The notes beneath the pieces were generated by a model. The model was not told the origin of the DNA. It searched no databases and saw only the letters and a program-made list of their open reading frames with translations. The translations under genes and the position numbers were made by a program. From NCBI GenBank assembly GCA_964462045.1, contig CAYWWB010000005.1:1-36437 (forward strand): 36,437 bases of DNA, in the 5' to 3' direction. The DNA is from Candidatus Woesearchaeota archaeon (lineage in GTDB: Archaea; Nanobdellota; Nanobdellia; Pacearchaeales; GW2011-AR1). Below are positions 32,177 through 36,437 of the stretch, piece after piece; the first letter of the stretch is position 1; every line of letters starts with the position of its first letter.

Positions 32177-33043
32177 ATGTTAGAATCAATGATTAATCCA
32201 AAAAGAGCTGAAAAGGGGCCAATAAAAATGTTGCCTATTGGAATTCTTTATGCATCCTTATCAATACTTTTAGTGAATTGGTTTTTTTCTGGAGATCCTG
32301 TTTTATCTGAATATTCTGGTATTTTGGTTGTTGTTTTTTGTGTTATGTTCTCTTTACCTTTTATGTATTTTATAATTAAAAGAGAAGAAAGATTAGATGA
32401 AGGAGTAGAGGGAATTTTTAAAGTATGGAAAACACACCAAAAAGCTATTTATTCTCTAATGTGGTTGTTTTTAGGTTTTGTAATTGCTTTTGCTTTTTGG
32501 TATATTTTACTTGGAAATTCTGCTTTATTTAATGCTCAAGTTGGAACTTATTGTATGATAAATAATCCTGGGAATATTGAAGAGTGTGTAAAAGAATATG
32601 ATTTTAATAAAATGCCTGGAAGTATTTCTACTGGAGCTGCTTCTTCAAATACTCAAAGATTGTTTTCAATTATTGAGAATAATGTATATGTTATGATTTT
32701 TACTTTAATTTTTTCGTTGTTGTTTGGAGCAGGAGCAATATTTATTTTAGCTTGGAATGCCTCAGTAATTTCAGCAGCTATAGGAATTTTTACTAAACAT
32801 CAAATTGTAGATATTCCTTTGGGACTTGCAAGATATATGCTTCACGGTTTTCCTGAAATTGCTGCTTATTTTATAACTGCTTTAGCTGGGGGTATTTTTG
32901 GAGTGGGAATTATTAAAAATGGGGTAAAAGGGAAAAAATTCAGAAGAGTAATGGAAAATACTTTTATTTTGATATTTATTGCTTTAATCATCTTAATAAT
33001 TGCAGGATTGATGGAAGTTTATTTAACTCCGAGGATATTTTAA
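32177..33043 (+). CDS. SpoIIM-like (DUF95) membrane protein
   Basis: 288 aa, polytopic. Family-like core NNVYVMIFTLIFSLLFGAGAIFILAWNASV...LHGFPEIAAYFI. Confidence 0.65.
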   Translation: MLESMINPKRAEKGPIKMLPIGILYASLSILLVNWFFSGDPVLSEYSGILVVVFCVMFSLPFMYFIIKREERLDEGVEGIFKVWKTHQKAIYSLMWLFLGFVIAFAFWYILLGNSALFNAQVGTYCMINNPGNIEECVKEYDFNKMPGSISTGAASSNTQRLFSIIENNVYVMIFTLIFSLLFGAGAIFILAWNASVISAAIGIFTKHQIVDIPLGLARYMLHGFPEIAAYFITALAGGIFGVGIIKNGVKGKKFRRVMENTFILIFIALIILIIAGLMEVYLTPRIF

Positions 33044-34027
33044 ATGGAACCCTTAATGTTATTATCTATTATTGCAAGTTTTTTAATAACTTTTATAGCC
33101 TTGCCTATTTGGATAAAAAAAGCAAAACAAGAGGGGCTTTTTGGAAAAGATATTAACAAACCTCATAAACCTGTTGTAGCAGAGGGAGGGGGTTTTGTTG
33201 TTTTAGGAGGGGCTGCTATTGGTATCCTGTTATACATTGCATTTAATACTTTTAGATTTGGTAAAACTGATACTTTGATTAGTATTTTTGCTTTGTTAAG
33301 TGTATTATTTATTAGTTCTATTGTGGGGATTGTTGATGATTTTTTGGGATGGAAAAAGGGATTAAACAAATGGGTTAGAATCTTATTAGTTTTATTTGCT
33401 GCTGTTCCTTTAATGGCAATCAATGCAGGAACTTCTACAATTTCTGGAATTAATTTAGGTTTATTATACCCTTTAATAATAATTCCATTAGGTGTTGTTG
33501 GAGCTACTGTAACTTTTAACTTTCTTGCTGGATATAATGGATTAGAAGCTAGTCAAGGAATTATTCTTCTTTCTGCTTTAGCAATTGTAACATTTTTAGT
33601 TGGAAGTTCTTGGTTAAGTGTATTGGCTTTGTGTATGGTTGCGGCATTACTTGGATTTTTGGTTTTTAATATGTATCCTGCAAAAATATTTCCAGGAGAT
33701 GTAATGACTTATGCTGTAGGAGCTATGATTGCGAGTATTGCTATTTTGGGAAATATTGAAAAAATAGCTTTATTCTTTTTTATTCCTTATATTTTAGAAA
33801 CAATTTTGAAAGCAAGGGGAAAACTAAAAAAGGAATCTTTTGCAAAAGTTAATGAAGATGGGAGTTTAGAAATGCCCTATGAAAAAGTCTATGGTTTAGA
33901 ACACCTTGCAATAAAAGTTTTGAAAAAAATAAAACCTTCTGGAAAAGCTTATGAAAAAGAAGTTGTTTGGGTAATAAATATATTCCAAATAATTATAATT
34001 GCTTTAGGATTTTGGATTTTCTTGTAA
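33044..34027 (+). CDS. Glycosyltransferase family 4 (MraY/WecA-like) UDP-GlcNAc:dolichyl-phosphate GlcNAc-1-P transferase, AglH-like
   Basis: 327 aa, ~10 TM. GIVDDFLGWKKGL Asp-Asp motif and NMYPAKIFPGDV motif. Starts immediately after the previous stop. Confidence 0.8.
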   Translation: MEPLMLLSIIASFLITFIALPIWIKKAKQEGLFGKDINKPHKPVVAEGGGFVVLGGAAIGILLYIAFNTFRFGKTDTLISIFALLSVLFISSIVGIVDDFLGWKKGLNKWVRILLVLFAAVPLMAINAGTSTISGINLGLLYPLIIIPLGVVGATVTFNFLAGYNGLEASQGIILLSALAIVTFLVGSSWLSVLALCMVAALLGFLVFNMYPAKIFPGDVMTYAVGAMIASIAILGNIEKIALFFFIPYILETILKARGKLKKESFAKVNEDGSLEMPYEKVYGLEHLAIKVLKKIKPSGKAYEKEVVWVINIFQIIIIALGFWIFL

Positions 34028-34043
34028 AATAATTTTTTAGAAA

Positions 34044-35027
34044 TTAGTAGTCTTTATTTTGATTATCTATTTGTTCTTTTATCCAATTATATGTTTTTTC
34101 CATACCTTCTCTCAAAGGTTTTGTAGGTCTCCATCCTAATTTTTCTTCAATTAATGAATTTTCTGAGTTTCTCCCTCTAACTCCTGTTGGGCCCTCAATA
34201 TGTTTTATATTAATATCTTTTCCTGCAATGCCTGAAACTAATTTTACTAGTCCATTAATTGAAACTTTTTCATCTGAACCTATATTTACAGGGCCTGAAT
34301 AATCAGATTCCATTAGTTTTCTAACTCCATCAAGGCATTCATCAATGTATAAAAATGAACGAGTTTGCTCTCCATCTCCCCACATTTCAATTTCTCCTTC
34401 ATTTGAAGCCATTGCAACTTTTCTACACATGGCAGCAGGAGCCTTCTCCCGCCCGTCATTCCATGAACCTTCAGGTCCAAAAACATTGTGAAATCTTGCT
34501 ATTTTAACATCCATTCCTTTATTTTTTTTGTAGGCTAAATAAAGTCTTTCGCTAAATAATTTTTCCCAACCATATTCTGAATCAGGTTCTGCTGGATAAG
34601 CTGAAGATTCTTTTAATCCTGTAACTCCAGGGTCTTCTTGAGCATATTCAGGATAAACACAAGCTGAAGAGGAGTAGAATATTTTTTTAATATTTCTTTT
34701 ATAAGATTCATCTAAAACATTAAGATTTATTGAAGCGGAATTATGCATTATTTCTGCATCATTTTCTCCTGTAAAAACAAAACCTGCTCCTCCCATGTCC
34801 GCTGCTAGTTGGTAAACTTCATCGAAACCTCTATCAACAACTCTCTTAACTAAATCTAAATCTCTTAAATCTCCAACAACAAAATCATCTGCATGTGTTT
34901 TAGAATAACGAGGATATTTTAAATCAACACCCCTAACCCAATAACCTTCATCTTTTAATCTTTTAACAAGATGGCTTCCAATAAAACCCCCTGCACCACA
35001 AACTAAAGCTGTTTTTTGATTTTCCAT
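34044..35027 (-). CDS. GDP-mannose 3,5-epimerase-like NAD-dependent epimerase (SDR)
   Basis: 327 aa. GAGGFIGSH Rossmann motif, plus long collinear matches to plant and archaeal GME as I recall it: LAADMGGAGF, SSSACVYPE, ESSAYPAEPDSEYGWEKL, RFHNVFGP, GREKAPAAMCRK, VNIGSDE, GVRGRNS. Confidence 0.8.
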   Translation of the reverse strand: MENQKTALVCGAGGFIGSHLVKRLKDEGYWVRGVDLKYPRYSKTHADDFVVGDLRDLDLVKRVVDRGFDEVYQLAADMGGAGFVFTGENDAEIMHNSASINLNVLDESYKRNIKKIFYSSSACVYPEYAQEDPGVTGLKESSAYPAEPDSEYGWEKLFSERLYLAYKKNKGMDVKIARFHNVFGPEGSWNDGREKAPAAMCRKVAMASNEGEIEMWGDGEQTRSFLYIDECLDGVRKLMESDYSGPVNIGSDEKVSINGLVKLVSGIAGKDINIKHIEGPTGVRGRNSENSLIEEKLGWRPTKPLREGMEKTYNWIKEQIDNQNKDY

Positions 35028-35101
35028 AAAGAATTTCAGAAAATTAGGTATTTAAAGTTTATTATAATTAATTTAATAAATAAAAGCAGATTAAAATCAA
35101 A

Positions 35102-35854
35102 ATGAAAAAAGTAAAATTTAATTGTATGGGTTTTGAAGAGATAGGAAATAAAATAAAAAATAATGATTTTGGAAAAGAAGTCATATTTAATTTTATGAAC
35201 TCAAATGATATTTATAATTATAAAAAAGAGCTTTTGTTTAGAAAATCTCTTCAAGACAATGAAACAAAACAAATAAATTTTATTGATGGGTTTGTTGTTT
35301 CTTTAATTCTTTCATTAAAAAATTTTAAAAGGATTTTTAGAATGAGAGGTCCGAGATTTACTAAAATGTTTTTAGAAAACTCTGAATTAAATAAAAACAA
35401 AAAACATTTCTTTATTGGGTTGGATGAAAAAAAGAAAAAAGAGTTATTAAAAAATACTAAAAAACTAAATGAAGAAGATGTTTTGGGGTATAATCCTCCT
35501 TATGTGGAAGGAATTGAATTTTCTAAAGAAGAAATTAAAAAAATTTCAGAAAAAATAAACAAATCAAAACCTAATTATATTTGGATTTGTGTTGGATGTC
35601 CAAAACAAAACATCTTAGCAAAAAGTTTGTATAAAAAAATAAAACTTGAATCATTTTATATTTTTAATGTGGGAGCTGCTCTAGACTTTAAGATGAAAAC
35701 AAAAAAAGAAGCTCCGAAATTTGTTCAGGAAATAGGTATTGAATGGCTTTATAGATTTTTAACTGATTTTAAATATTCTAGAAAAAAGGTTTGGAGAAGT
35801 TTATTAGGAAGTTTTTATGCTTTATTTCTTGTTGAATTAAATAAGAATAAATAA
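35102..35854 (+). CDS. WecB/TagA/CpsF-family glycosyltransferase (GT26)
   Basis: 250 aa. C-terminal family signature GAALDFKMKTKKEAPKFVQEIGIEWLYRFLTDF. Confidence 0.75.
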   Translation: MKKVKFNCMGFEEIGNKIKNNDFGKEVIFNFMNSNDIYNYKKELLFRKSLQDNETKQINFIDGFVVSLILSLKNFKRIFRMRGPRFTKMFLENSELNKNKKHFFIGLDEKKKKELLKNTKKLNEEDVLGYNPPYVEGIEFSKEEIKKISEKINKSKPNYIWICVGCPKQNILAKSLYKKIKLESFYIFNVGAALDFKMKTKKEAPKFVQEIGIEWLYRFLTDFKYSRKKVWRSLLGSFYALFLVELNKNK

Positions 35855-35887
35855 ACTTTTAAATAAGGTTTTCCCTTATTTTTTATT

Positions 35888-36437
35888 ATGGAAGAAACTA
35901 CTTCGTCTGAAAATGAGAAAAAAAGAGTAAAAAAAGAGTCAGAATCTTGGAAAGAAATAAAAACATTTTTTAAATCAAAAAAAACACAAAAAGTTTTAGT
36001 TATCTTATTATTAATTGGGATTATTTTTATTGGAACATTTATTAGAGTTCAAAATTGGAATTTATTAGAAGACAAAACAACAGGAGAAAAGATTCCTTTG
36101 GCTTTAGATCCTCATTATTTTTTAAGAATTGCTCAGACAATGCAAGAATCAGGAGAAATGCCTGAATGTGATCCATTAAGAGTTTTAGGAAATGAGTGTA
36201 AAGGGTGGAGTCCTGAAATCCTCCCCCCAGTCTTAGTTGGGATGTATGGGATATCTAATCTTTTTGGAGACATTACATTAGAAGAGATAGATGTTATTTA
36301 TCCAGTAATATTTTTTATTTTATCAATTTTAGTATATTTTTTACTTGTAAGCAAATTAACAAAATCCAAAATTACTGCTTTGATTTCTTCATTAATTCTT
36401 TCTCTAACTCCTGCTTTTCTTTACAGAACTATGGCAG
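35888..36437 (+). CDS. aglB: Oligosaccharyltransferase AglB/STT3, N-terminal part (runs off the window)
   Basis: The ORF is open to the window end. First TM, then the external loop LALDPHYFLRIA resembling the conserved STT3/AglB first-loop Asp motif, then further TMs. It sits in a glycosylation-gene neighbourhood. Confidence 0.65.
   Translation, partial: MEETTSSENEKKRVKKESESWKEIKTFFKSKKTQKVLVILLLIGIIFIGTFIRVQNWNLLEDKTTGEKIPLALDPHYFLRIAQTMQESGEMPECDPLRVLGNECKGWSPEILPPVLVGMYGISNLFGDITLEEIDVIYPVIFFILSILVYFLLVSKLTKSKITALISSLILSLTPAFLYRTMA

Overview
Strongly AT-rich archaeal chromosome segment. The archaeal call rests on eS4, eL32, eL19, the P0/P1 stalk, aSUI1, prefoldin, a DUF106 insertase and AglB. 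A DPANN-like, small-genome organism is my inference from composition and gene content. Order of content: (1) stalk operon uL1-P0-P1. (2) An XPD/Rad3-like helicase, a TVP38/DedA membrane protein, tRNA-Ser(UGA), AMP phosphorylase and an AI-2E permease. (3) Two hypothetical genes. (4) The large r-protein cluster uL3 to uL15 (24 r-protein genes plus aSUI1), very tightly packed. (5) A 7.2-kb block separating uL15 from secY: a 3-gene hypothetical operon, a divergent tandem-Lrp regulator, a membrane protein, a surface protein and a MacB-type ABC transporter. (6) secY, the DUF106 (YidC/EMC3-like) insertase, prefoldin alpha and ribose-1,5-bisphosphate isomerase. (7) A glycosylation cluster (SpoIIM-like protein, GT4 GlcNAc-1-P transferase, GDP-mannose 3,5-epimerase-like SDR, GT26, AglB 5' end). 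The most unusual signal is a near-identical ~60-bp cassette inserted at three r-protein gene junctions. Each copy is flanked by a 17-32 bp duplication of the junction, and each creates a translationally coupled 27-29 aa micro-ORF with the core KEIFSLFAFPNK. Two diverged relatives lie at other r-protein junctions. Other notable signals: a 134-bp tandem unit with a perfect 55-bp repeat covering the tRNA-Ser 3' end (att-like); a second hairpin repeat family, also flanked by a duplicated gene start; and the insertion that breaks the near-universal uL15-secY linkage. All antisense ORFs in the track look like low-complexity artefacts. No CRISPR array, rRNA, IS element or integrase was seen.
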